Source: Octopus sinensis
Lineage: Eukaryota
Assembly: GCF_006345805.1 (NCBI RefSeq)
Contig: NW_021836103.1
Coordinates: forward strand, 1-25,645
Length of the DNA stretch: 25,645 nucleotides
Direction: 5' to 3'
Each line of letters begins with the position of its first letter. Position 1 is the first letter of the stretch. The notes beneath the pieces are model-generated. The model searched no databases, was not told the DNA's origin, and saw only the letters and a list, made by a program, of their open reading frames with translations. Of the stretch, positions 1-10,548 are shown in pieces. The position numbers and the translations under genes were made by a program.

Positions 1-33
1 TCTGCCGCTTGATGTATGAAATATGTAAGAAAT

Positions 34-172
34 ACTCTTTTCTACTCTAAGCACAAGGCCCGAAATTTGGGGGGAGGGGACTAGTCGATTAGATCGACCC
101 CAGTACGCAATTGGTACTTAATTTATCGACCCCCGAAAGGATGAAAGGCAAAATCTACCACGGAGGAATTTG
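34..172 (-). mobile_element. tRNA-derived SINE, family A, partial copy
   Basis: Shares the block GGTACTTAATTTATCGACCCC(C)GAAAGGATGAAAGGCAAA...GGAATTTGA with copies at 7344, 10281, 15770, 18810 and 24580. The head with Pol III boxes is seen on the minus strand of the full copy at 24580-24790. Confidence 0.75.
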
Positions 173-560
173 ATGGCTGACTGGATATTGAGCTTGTTTT
201 GGCGACAGTACAACATTTGCTTGTCGTAGTTCAATCACTTATCCGGATCGATTTTTTTATTTTGAAATCCGTGGCCTTTACCGAATCCGATAGCCTTTAC
301 TCTAGCCGCAACCCGCTCTCGTAGTGCACAATGTGAAACTCGAGACCGTGACTATAATTCTTAATAATCATGCGCGCCAGCCGCAATGTTCTCAATGAAA
401 ATCAGGAACCCAACATTCAAAGAATTATTATTTCAGGTTCCGAACGACTTGATCACTTTGTGATATGCAATCCTCTTTGGATTTATCAATGGCAATTAAG
501 CTCTAAGCCCTCTGCTAGCATCAAGAAACCTGGTGGGTTTTAAAAAATTTTTCTTAATAT

Positions 561-962
561 GGCGTAGGAGTGGCTGTGTGGTAAGTAGCTTGTTTACCAA
601 CTACATGGTTCTGGGTTCAGTCCCACTGCGCGGCACCTTGGGCAAGTGTCCTCTACTATAGCCTCGGGTCGACCAAAGCCTTGTGAGTGGATTTGGTAGA
701 CGGAAACTGTAAGAAGCCCGTCGTATATATGTATATATATATATTATATATGCGTGTGTGTGTTTGTGTGTCTGTGTTTGTCCCCCTAGCATTGCTTGAC
801 AACCGATGCTGGTGTGTTTATGTCTCCGTAACTTAGCGGTTCAGCAAAAGAGACCGATAGAATAAGTACTGGGCTTACAAAGAATAAGTCCTGGGGTCGA
901 GTTGCTCGATTAAAGGCGGTGCTCCAGCATGGCCGCAGTCAAATGACTGAAACAAGTAAAAA
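561..962 (+). mobile_element. tRNA-derived SINE, family B (CORE-like), apparently full length (~400 bp)
   Basis: A-box-like TGGCTGTGTGGTAAG (571), B-box-like GGTTCAGTCC (~614), CORE-like CACCTTGGGCAAGTG, internal TA/TG microsatellite and 3' end GACTGAAACAAGTAAAA. Homologous pieces occur at 2371, 4846, 5681, 8201, 14878 and 15477. Confidence 0.85.
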
Positions 963-992
963 TGTGTAACTGCCCCTTTTACTGTCATTGTA

Positions 993-1221
993 GGGGAGCA
1001 TGGTTTAGTGGTTAGGCTGGTTCACTCGAGATCGTAATATTGATCTTAAGATTGTGGTTTCGATTCATACACGGAGTTCTGCATTGTGTCCCTGAGCAAA
1101 ACACTTCATTTTACGCTATTCCATTCTACTCAGCTGGCAAAAATCAGTGACCTTGCGACGGACTAGCTTCCCATCCAGTGGGAACATCTACACCAGAGAA
1201 AGTGGGAAACCGGCTCTATGC
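993..1221 (+). mobile_element. degenerate tRNA-derived SINE, family C
   Basis: tRNA-like head (TGGTTTAGTGGTTAGG ... GGTTTCGATTC) followed by TGTGTCCCTGAGCAAAACACTT and CCTTGCGACGGACTAGCTTCCCATCCAG, resembling conserved central SINE domains. Single copy in the window. Confidence 0.5.
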
Positions 1222-2370
1222 ACCAAACCAGTCCTCTGCCCTTTACAGAGTAATGTTGACTAACCTTTTACTATAATTGGTGTGCACCCATCAAAAGCTA
1301 AAAAGCTGTATTTTAATGAATTTCAGTTGAGTTTCGTATATTTTTGGCCATTCGCTGTATCCCAGCACTGTAGCCTATTACTTCAGTCACATTTAAAATG
1401 AGTTAATTTCCATTGAATTTCAATGAATCTTTAATTGGTTTCTCTTCATTACGCTTGTCATTATTGATGTAGTAATTCTCACAACTGGATATTTATTCAA
1501 TATTTCTTTTAAATTACCTTTTTTTTTTACTTTTTTCCGATATTGCTCAGCACTTTCACCTTATTTTAATTTAATCTGAATTCGCAATCCTTCTAAAAAT
1601 AACTTCTTTTTTACGACAAAAATTTGCATTCTACATTTTTTAAAACTAGAACAATTTCCATTTCTTCGATTTGCAGCTTTTATATCTTTAACAAGTGTAG
1701 TTTTTATTCCGTGCAATATTTTATTCTTTCTCAGCCCCTTATCAGCTTCATTGCCTGAATTTGCAACCCAGCAAATTTGAAGAATTTAAATGCCATTGCA
1801 AGTTTTCAATGTTATTTCCTTGTGTTGAAACCTGTTCTTTCACTGATCACAGAATTTGTATCTCCAAGGGTAGAATCAGCAGATTCCTATTTCGTTTCTG
1901 TCACAAAATCGCCAACACCGATTTTGATAGCAATTTTAAAACACAAATTCTTAAGATCACAAGATTTCTTCGTCTTAAAATGTAAAATTAATTTCCCCAT
2001 TACTTCAAAAATTCACATTACTTCGAAAATTTACATATTGAGAGGACATGTAACGTTATTAAAGCATTAACCAATTTAAACAGTTTGCCTTCCCTTCTAA
2101 TGATAAACTATTATAATTTTATTTGTTCCTTGGGAATTTTGTTTATTGCCGAATAAGTTTCCATTCTGATCGCAAATTCATTCGAACGAACTTCTCCAAG
2201 ATAGGATGTGGGGAAAATGCTTTTCAACGAAACTAATTTGAACGCATTTGTCCAGATAATTCCTTCTGTCATAATTTTCATGTAACTTTAAAAAGAAGAA
2301 AGAAAAATTTTGCAAACAAAGAAAAAATCGCCATCTTTTCTCCCTTTTCTCTTTTACTGCTCTTTGATGA

Positions 2371-2585
2371 CTTCAGTCATTAGACTGCGGCCATGCTGGG
2401 GCACCGCCTTGAACGGTTTAGTCGAACAAACCGACCCCAGTTTTTTTTTTTTCAAAATCAGGTACTTATTCTGTGGGGTGTGGGTTAGCGACCCGCAACG
2501 TTACGGGAACGTCAACAAACCAGCACCAGTTGTCAAGCGGTTGGGTGGAGGTGACAGACACAGGCACATGCACACACACACACAA
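2371..2585 (-). mobile_element. SINE family B, 3' half
   Basis: Reverse complement of 760-960 (TTCAGTCATTAGACTGCGGCCATGCTGGGGCACCGCCTT ... CAGCACCAGTTGTCAAGC). Confidence 0.7.
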
Positions 2586-2800
2586 ATATATTATATATAT
2601 TATATTATATGTGCGTATGTGGTAATATATATATATATACGTATGTATGTTTTATATACACATATATATATATACATATATACGTATGTATGTTTTATAT
2701 ATAATATATATATAATATATATAAATCCATTAGGATATATTATTACATAGAATATAATATATATTTACATATATATATATTATGTGTGGGGGTGTTGTAC

Positions 2801-2836
<36 letters not shown>

Positions 2837-2857
2837 TATATATATATATATATATAT

Positions 2858-2901
<44 letters not shown>
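2586..2901. repeat. compound (TA)n/(CA)n microsatellite
   Basis: Direct inspection. Confidence 0.9.
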
Positions 2902-2904
<3 letters not shown>

Positions 2905-2964
2905 AATGCAGGCAGGTCAGCTTATTGGATGTATAGCAATGATGTACTGAACTTGTGAGAGCAG

Positions 2965-4181
2965 TTATAACTGACTCTCTTATAACTGACTCTCTTAATA
3001 ATGACTCTCTTATAACTGACTCTCTTAATAATGACTCTTATAACTGACTCTCTTAATAATGACTCTTATAACTGACTCTCTTAATAATGACTCTCTTATA
3101 ACTGACTCTCTTAATAATGACTCTCTTAATAATGACTCTCTTATAACTGACTCTCTTAATAATGACTCTCTTATAACTGACTCTCTTAATAATGACTCTC
3201 TTATAACTGACTCTCTTAATAATGACTCTTTAACTGACTCTCTTAATAATGACTCTCTTATAACTGACTCTCTTAATAATGACTCTCTTATAACTGACTC
3301 TCTTAATAATGACTCTCTTATAACTGACTCTCTTAATAATGACTCTTATAACTGACTCTCTTAATAATGACTCTCTTATAACTGACTCTCTTAATAATGA
3401 CTCTCTTATAACTGACTCTCTTAATAATGACTCTCTTAATAATGACTCTCTTATAACTGACTCTCTTAATAATGACTCTCTTATAACTGACTCTCTTAAT
3501 AATGACTCTCTTATAACTGACTCTCTTAATAATGACTCTCTTATAACTGACTCTCTTAATAATGACTCTCTTATAACTGACTCTCTTAATAATGACTCTC
3601 TTATAACTGACTCTCTTAATAATGACTCTCTTATAACTGACTCTCTTAATAATGACTCTTATAACTGACTCTCTAATATGAACTCTCTTATACTGACTCT
3701 CTTAATAATGACTCTCTATAACTGACTCTCTTAATAATGACTCTTAATAATGACTCTCTTAAACTGACTCTCTTAATAATGACTCTCTTATAACTGACTC
3801 TCTTAATAATGACTCTCTTATAACTGACTCTCTTAATAATGACTCTCTTATAACTGACTCTCTTAATAATGACTCTCTTATAACTGACTCTCTTACTAAT
3901 GACTCTCTTATAACTGACTCTCTTAATAATGACTCTCTTATAACTGACTCTCTTAGCAATGACTCTCTTAATAATGACTCTCTTATAACTGACTCTCTTA
4001 ATAATGACTCTCTTATAACTGACTCTCTTAATAATGACTCTCTTATAACTGACTCTCTTAATAATGACTCTCTTATAACTGACTCTCTTATAACTGACTC
4101 TCTTAATAATGACTCTCTTATAATTGACTCTCTTATAACTGACTCTCTTACTAATGACTCTCTTATAACTGACTCTCTTAA
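2965..4181. repeat. minisatellite: 30-bp unit ATAACTGACTCTCTT-AATAATGACTCTCTT made of two related 15-mers, ~80 monomers
   Basis: Direct inspection. It explains the (ITDSLNNDSL)n and (RESVIRESLL)n ORFs. Confidence 0.98.
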
Positions 4182-4845
4182 TATTGTCTTAAAACTTTTG
4201 GAAGTGATTCGAAACGACGTGTGAAACCATTGCTAAAGTTCTTGCCTGAAACCTTTTCTTTTTCTATTTAATACAAAATATTGCACTTTAATCTTCACCA
4301 AAAGGCTGAGGCCAAGACTTCTTAAATGTGAGAGTTCATGCCGCCAACCACCACTACAAAGAAAAAGACTAAACAAATGGCCACAGCGATAACATAAAAC
4401 ATATCGGCACTTTACTGTCGAACATGACAGCTTTGTAAATAGGTTCATTATGAAATGCTTCGTTCATTTGAACGATTTCAATATTGAATGGTTTGTTCCT
4501 TCAATACAAACATTTGTACTGACGGCGATGTACATCTTTTAAATGCTGTGACACATCAGTTATTTTCTCTTCTCCGGAATAGGTTAGCTTCCCCGTTCCT
4601 GTGGGCATCGGCCATTTGCTTGAATGGCTTGTGTTGTATTTGATATTCTTCAACCCAGATTTCCGAATGTCATTGAACACAACAATGGCTTCTCGTGTGT
4701 TTGCTCTTTATTGATTTGTTCTTTTTTTGTTTTGTTTTTTGTTTTTCTGTTTTTTGTTTTGTTTTGTTTTGTTTTTTTTTTGCTTTTTTTTAGTCTGTTG
4801 TACTTTAATCTTCGTATTTGGAAAATAGAAATATTTCGAGAACTT

Positions 4846-4990
4846 TCTTTTACTCGTTTTCAGTTATTAAACTGCAGCCATGCTGGAGCAGTAGTTTTAA
4901 GTCTTCTACTTACTTTATCGGTCTCTTTTGCCGAACCGATATGCTACAAGAATGTAAACAAAACAAAAGTGATTTTCAAGCGGCGGTGGC
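4846..4990 (-). mobile_element. SINE family B, 3' fragment
   Basis: TTTCAGTTATTAAACTGCAGCCATGCTGGAGCA and TATCGGTCTCTTTTGCCGAACCG are reverse complements of the 840-960 region. Confidence 0.6.
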
Positions 4991-5012
4991 GTTCAAACAA
5001 CAACACGGATGC

Positions 5013-5021
5013 ACATACACA

Positions 5022-5053
<32 letters not shown>

Positions 5054-5165
5054 TACATACATACATACATACATACATACATACATACATACATACATAC
5101 ATACATACATACAGACAGACAGACATACATACAGACAGACAGACAGACAGACATATATATATATA
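5013..5165. repeat. compound (CA)n/(TACA)n/(CAGA)n microsatellite
   Basis: Direct inspection. Confidence 0.92.
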
Positions 5166-5536
5166 TTATATAAAATCCGTTCTGTCTGTGTGTGTCTTCT
5201 CGGATCTCGGGCATCCTCCATCTGATTGCGCTCAAATTTGATATGTAGATACCGACGGTATCAGGGCATGTATAAATCTTGAAAAAATTAGAAAAAGCGA
5301 TTCCAGGTGAGAATCCGATCGATAAAGCCATGGGAACGTGCATTTGTAAAATCGTTTTTCTTGGAATAGAAAAAAAGTCTATCTTTATTTCTTCTTTTGC
5401 TGGTGTCCCAAATTTAGGTTAAATCATTGTTTCTCAAAGGGGAGGCCTATGGGACGGTCGGACAAGTTGTTTTGAGAAAATTTGGTCTAAATCTTTGACA
5501 ACTCAGAACCGTCCAATGGACGGGGGTGTTTTGCTC

Positions 5537-5537
<1 letters not shown>
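5160..5537 (+). mobile_element. candidate non-autonomous Helitron-like element (~380 bp)
   Basis: The 3' hairpin CCGTCC-AAT-GGACGG (5509-5523) is followed 10 nt later by CTCG|T (5534-5538), one change from the Helitron CTAG|T end. The 5' part TATATAAAATCCGTTCTGTCTGTGTGTGTC resembles animal Helitron 5' ends, but the 5' TC is not visible. Confidence 0.45.
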
Positions 5538-5538
<1 letters not shown>

Positions 5539-5574
<36 letters not shown>

Positions 5575-5660
5575 GTGTGTGTGTGTTAGTGTGTCTGTGT
5601 GTGTGCATGTGCATGTGTGTGCGTGTGTGTGTGTATGTGAGCCTATGTGTGTATGTGTAC
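5539..5660. repeat. (TA)n/(TG)n microsatellite
   Basis: Direct inspection. Confidence 0.85.
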
Positions 5661-5680
5661 CCTACAGTTTTTGCCTTCTG

Positions 5681-5803
5681 AATCTATTCACAAGGCAGTA
5701 GTTGGCACGCGGCTATAGTTGGAGACCCTTGTCTAAAGTGCAGCGCAATGGAACCGAACCTGAAACTATATCGTTACAAATCGAGGTTCTTAACCACACA
5801 GCT
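5681..5803 (-). mobile_element. SINE family B, degenerate head fragment
   Basis: TTCACAAGGC...GGCTATAGTTGGAGACCCTTG...CTTAACCACACAGC is a diverged reverse complement of 570-690. Confidence 0.6.
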
Positions 5804-6315
5804 GTATCTACACCTGTATCGAAAATTATTTAACAGATAAAATGTTATGGTTAAAGTTAAGTCTCCGTAAATTGTGTCAATGACCAGGATACAAACAGTA
5901 TGACGATCATTTTGACAAAAGTCAGAAAAGATTTAAGGATGTTAATAGTTTCTGTGTATTTTTCAATGGCCAAAATGGGTCTTCATGTTGTAATTGTTTT
6001 ATTTTCAACACACATCCTCAGATCAAATCACTTACCAGGCAAGTGCAACTCCAAAAACATTGAACGATTTACATGTAACTTTATTTGACTCAGATTCCGT
6101 AATAAATTGTTTACGCTACTGATATTTTAGCAGAAATATCCCAATTCTTAGCCTGAGTAATTTCAAGATTATGAATATCCATATATTTTATGAACTTAAT
6201 CGATTGTTAAAACCATAGTAACATCTTGACTTAGTAACTTTTGTGAATAGTAAAAAACCGTAACTGGCAGCCTTGCAAAAATGACACTTTATAATCTTCT
6301 CTCTTTTTTTTCCAG

Positions 6316-6433
6316 TTTAGAGCAAGAAGCTCGTTGAGGCCTCAGCTGTTCTGGTGCGGCAGCAGAAGTAACCGTTTCTCCGTTCTCTCCACGCCTCTCT
6401 TCGTCTTATCACATTTCGTTTCATTGAATAAAT
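6316..6433 (+). other. candidate spliced exon (118 nt, no internal ATG), possibly a 5' UTR exon of the downstream GPCR
   Basis: Polypyrimidine tract and acceptor CTTCTCTCTTTTTTTTCCAG (AG 6314-6315), consensus donor GTAAGT at 6434-6439, and unique sequence more GC-rich than its flanks. Confidence 0.4.
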
Positions 6434-6499
6434 GTAAGTAATTAAAAATCGTATATTCGAACCATACACATGCGCACACACTGAAACAAATAAAAAAGA

Positions 6500-6537
6500 A
6501 TATGTATATATATATATGTGTGTGTGTGTGTGTATAA

Positions 6538-6571
<34 letters not shown>

Positions 6572-6642
6572 GAATATATATATATATGTATATATATGTG
6601 TATATATGTATATATAATATATATATATATAATATATATATA

Positions 6643-6680
<38 letters not shown>

Positions 6681-6870
6681 TATATATGTATATATATATA
6701 TGTGTATGTATATATATATATATATATATATACAGATACATACATACATATATACATACATACATAGACAGACAGGCGGACAGACAGGCGGACAGACAGG
6801 CGGACAGACAGGCGGACAGACAGGCGGACAGACAGGCGGACAGACAGGCAGACAGACAGATGGATAGATA
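6500..6870. repeat. compound microsatellite including a 12-bp unit GACAGACAGGCG x6 plus one variant (6767-6850)
   Basis: Direct inspection. Confidence 0.92.
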
Positions 6871-7343
6871 ACGCAGCCTTTGTCGAAGTCGTGTCTTTTT
6901 CATATAATACATTAGAGATATAATGCATTTATAGATAAAATTTCTTACCCATACCAAAAAAACTTAGGCAGAAAATATCCCAGATATCGGATTTTATACC
7001 GCATATCTTGTTAAAGGTTAAATTTAACATTCCCAGATATGTTTCGCTTTTATGTGCAAATATTTCTCTATTGATCATAGATATCGGAAATTTTTTAATA
7101 GAAATAATGTTTGGTTTTGAATGATAGCATTAAGAATGTTACATCAAAAATATCCTACAGTGTAAATAAAAGCAACAGTAACTTTCGAAATAGAGGTGTA
7201 TACTCTTGACGGCTTTTAACACAATGGCTCATTGGTTCATACGATTTTGAATCGAGCTTACTAATTTCAATAATACAACGTGCCTTTTCTCTTCTGTCCC
7301 AAAAGAACTATATCAGGTCTGTTGTGTTTTGAATTCTAATAAG

Positions 7344-7550
7344 ATTCTTTTCTATTCTAAGCACAAGGCCCGAAATTTTGGGGGAGGGGACCAGTCGATT
7401 AGATCGACTCCAGTACGCAACTGGTACTCAATTTATCGACCCTAAAAAGATGAAAGACAAAATTGACCTAAGCGGAATTTGAACTCAAAACGTAACGACA
7501 GACGAAATACTGAAAAGTATTTCACTCGGTGTGCTAACGTTCCTGTCAGA
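7344..7550 (-). mobile_element. SINE family A
   Basis: Near-identical to 34-172 and extends through GGAATTTGAACTC (B-box on minus strand) to GTGCTAACGTT (A-box region). Confidence 0.8.
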
Positions 7551-7939
7551 ACTCATCAGTACGATCGTTCCAATTTCAATATAATTTGAAAAATCAAACA
7601 CTATTTGTTCTGCGGACGAAGGATTACGGAAGTAATTTATTCGGTAACAGACGAAACCGGTATACGATTAATTCTTGATTTTTATTTAATTTTCATCTGC
7701 CTTGCCCGCTGATGTTCTGGTGTTCGCTGGATTTTCTCTGGAGAACATTTTTTGTTTTCTTTTTTTTTTGTAGTCAGATCGTATGTCATCTTCTAGCGTA
7801 TGGTTATCCACCTAGTGGTTTCCCTAAATATACACATGTATTGAATTTTTTCTGATTTTTCAGATTTTTTATACGCTGGGCTACTGGTTTTAAATTGATA
7901 TTAGTTAAATTAATATTCAATTTATATCCCTCAATTATT

Positions 7940-7948
7940 TATATAATA

Positions 7949-7997
<49 letters not shown>
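7940..7997. repeat. (TA)n microsatellite
   Basis: Direct inspection. Confidence 0.9.
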
Positions 7998-8001
<4 letters not shown>

Positions 8002-8200
8002 TCCAAACATGAAAACACAAAGAGAAAACACAACAACGCGAGGACGTGGAACAAATATAGTGTTATTGGACGCTCAGGAAGGAAGGGAAGAAGGAAGGTT
8101 TTACGTTTCGAGCGGAGCTCTTCGTCAGAAACATAGGAAAAGGAAAGATCCAGAGAAGGGAAGACGAAGGGAAAAAATCGCCAATGGTACACACGCGGTC
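7998..8200 (-). mobile_element. ~200-bp hammerhead-bearing element (Penelope-like terminal fragment or retrozyme-like)
   Basis: Contains the hammerhead motif at 8098-8132, shares ACGCTCAGGAA and the ribozyme block with 18035-18235, and its minus-strand 3' end runs into (TA)n. Confidence 0.55.
8098..8132 (-). ncRNA. minimal type I hammerhead ribozyme motif
   Basis: The minus strand reads GUUU CUGACGA A GAGC-UCC-GCUC GAAA CG UA AAAC. This gives an intact CUGANGA/GAAA core, a 4-bp stem II, a palindromic ACGU in place of stem III, a GUA cleavage triplet and stem I GUUU/AAAC. Confidence 0.75.
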
Positions 8201-8347
8201 GACGGGCCTCTTTCAGTTTCCGCTTACCAAGGCATCTGTCGGTCCAGTGTTACTAGAGTAGAAGATACTTGCCCAAGGTGCCATGCAGTGGGACCGAACA
8301 CGGAACCATAAGGTTGAGAAGCAAACTTCTTACAACACAACCGCACT
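8201..8347 (-). mobile_element. SINE family B, head fragment
   Basis: GACGGGCCTCTTTCAGTTTCCG...ACTTGCCCAAGGTGCCATGCAGTGGGACCGAAC is the reverse complement of 570-722. Confidence 0.75.
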
Positions 8348-8764
8348 TGAGGCTACTATCAAAATATCAAATCCTTTCCAATCCACCCTTAACATTTACT
8401 GCGTCTAATTCAAAGCTCTTCTAGAAATTTCAATTTGAGAAAGAAAAATACGAAAAGGAGCAAAAAAAATTAGGAAATTTTATAAACGAATGACAAAATG
8501 TTTTTCTTTTTCTGTTTTTCTTTCTCGTTTTTCTTACGTTTGCTGAAATTTTTTGTAGCTTTTGATTATTTTTTTTAGTGTTTTTGCGGTATTTTTTTTT
8601 TGCTACTGATGTGATATTTGATTTATATTTTGCCTCTTTTTTGCTGTTTATGCTATTGTTATTCATGTTGTTGTTGTTGTTGTTGCAATTGTTGATATTG
8701 TTTTCTTTCTTTGCAATGCGATTGGGAATGATTGAATATTTCAATTGTTTTATATGTTCGCGCG

Positions 8765-8779
8765 TGTATACATATCACA

Positions 8780-8828
<49 letters not shown>

Positions 8829-8903
8829 ATATATTATATATATATATATTATATATATAACGGTTATCTGCACTATACAAACCTAAAACAAGCAGATAAA
8901 TAC

Positions 8904-8971
<68 letters not shown>

Positions 8972-9220
8972 ATATAATATATGTATATGTATGTATAGAT
9001 GTATATATATATTTGTTAGTCTTAAGTTTGTATAAAGTTAATCGATATATATATGGGTGTGTGTTGTGTAGATAGATATATATCAAATATGCATATACAT
9101 ACATAAAATAATACATAGACATACATACATTCATATATGTGCATATTTATATGTATGTGTGCGTTTGTATGTATGTATATATATATATATACATATTATA
9201 TACATATATGTATGATATAT

Positions 9221-9253
<33 letters not shown>

Positions 9254-9311
9254 AGTATGTATATCTATATATTATATGTGTGTAGTAATATATATATATA
9301 TATATATATTA

Positions 9312-9345
<34 letters not shown>

Positions 9346-9390
9346 TTATATGTGTATCTATGTATGTATATGTATGTATGTATGTCTTTC
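8765..9390. repeat. TA-rich compound microsatellite field
   Basis: Direct inspection. Confidence 0.85.
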
Positions 9391-9857
9391 TTAAGTCCTG
9401 TATTGTTCAGTTAATCGTTTTTTATACGTTCTCCCGTATTTTGTTATGGAGAATTGATGTTTTTCGATTTTTTCCTTTTAGGAAGCGGACAGAATATTTT
9501 TTCTTCTTCTTATCATCAATCTTGCTTTAATCTTTGTTGTGAAAAGACAAAAAGAAAATGACACGTATCTAATTAAATTGCTTTGTTGTATTTCATCTTA
9601 TTTTATAGTATTTTATTTTCTCTCTTTTTTGCTACTTCATATCAACAAACACACACACGCACACACGCACACACACGCGCGCGCGCACACCCTATTTCGC
9701 ATCGATTAACATCGAAGTGTCGCTTTTGATTCTTTGCATTCTATTAATTTATTCCCCTTAATTATTCTTTAACTGAGTCAAAAACCTTTTTTCTCGGGCA
9801 AACAACAAAATGACAGCAAGACCAACAGCTGCAAACGTAACACAACACAACACAATT

Positions 9858-9898
<41 letters not shown>

Positions 9899-10217
9899 AT
9901 AGTAATGGTTGTTGTTGTAGTAGTAGTAGTAGTAGTAGTAGTAGTAATGGTTGTTGTAGTAGTAATGGTTGTAGTAGTAGTAATGGTTGTAGTAGTAGTA
10001 GTAGTAGTAGTAATGGTTGTAGTAGTAGTAGCAGCAGCAGCAGTAGTAGTAGTAGTAATAGTAATGGTTGTTGTTGTAGTAGTAGTAGTAGTAGTAGTAG
10101 TAGTAATGGTTGTTGTAGTAGTAATGGTTGTAGTAGTAGTAATGGTTGTAGTAGTAGTAGTAGTAGTAGTAATGGTTGTAGTAGTAGTAGCAGCAGCAGC
10201 AGTAGTAGTAGTAGTAA

Positions 10218-10272
<55 letters not shown>
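9858..10272. repeat. compound (TAG)n/(TGG/TTG)/(CAG) triplet repeat with a 159-bp higher-order duplication
   Basis: The marker TAATAG recurs at 9897, 10056 and 10215 with an identical order of interruptions in the two blocks. Confidence 0.92.
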
Positions 10273-10280
10273 TGCTGTTG

Positions 10281-10490
10281 TTTCTCATGTCGATATAGAG
10301 CCAGCAAATTTTAAGGAGAATGAGGCAAGTCGATTACAATGTCCCACTCCCACCTCCACACCAATACACAACTGGTACTCATTTTATCAACACAGAAAGG
10401 ATGAAAGGCAAAGGCGACCACGTCAGAATTCGAAGTCAAAACGTAAAGCCGGATGAAATATTGCTAAGCATTTTTGACCGACAGCGCACT
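10281..10490 (-). mobile_element. SINE family A, diverged
   Basis: CAACTGGTACTCATTTTATCAACACAGAAAGGATGAAAGGCAAAG block. Confidence 0.6.
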
Positions 10491-10493
10491 ACT

Positions 10494-10494
<1 letters not shown>

Positions 10495-10548
<54 letters not shown>
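10495..10548. repeat. (TAA)n microsatellite
   Basis: Direct inspection. Confidence 0.95.

Noticed and set aside
561-640. tRNA gene
   Set aside because: A/B boxes are present but there is no cloverleaf, and the sequence continues into a SINE body, so it is a SINE head.
1761-2300. ORFs at 1761-2070 and a minus-strand FPTSYLGE motif faintly like a hAT transposase C-terminus
   Set aside because: The similarity does not extend beyond a few residues and there are multiple stops. A tBLASTx search would be needed.
3059-3959. ORFs (ITDSLNNDSL)n and (RESVIRESLL)n as repeat proteins
   Set aside because: They arise from the 30-bp period, start at non-ATG or repeat-internal codons, and are broken by repeat indels.
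2965-4181. CRISPR-like array
   Set aside because: There are no unique spacers, the units are contiguous, and the context is eukaryotic with no cas genes.
4233-4448. Cys-containing 71-aa minus-strand ORF
   Set aside because: No recognisable domain or splice signals, and the length is within chance expectation.
4624-5241. 205-aa ORF with a hydrophobic stretch
   Set aside because: It is composed of a T-rich tract, an antisense SINE and microsatellites, with no coherent domain.
9762-10456. poly-Leu, poly-Tyr and poly-Val ORFs
   Set aside because: They are translations of the (TAG)n compound repeat.
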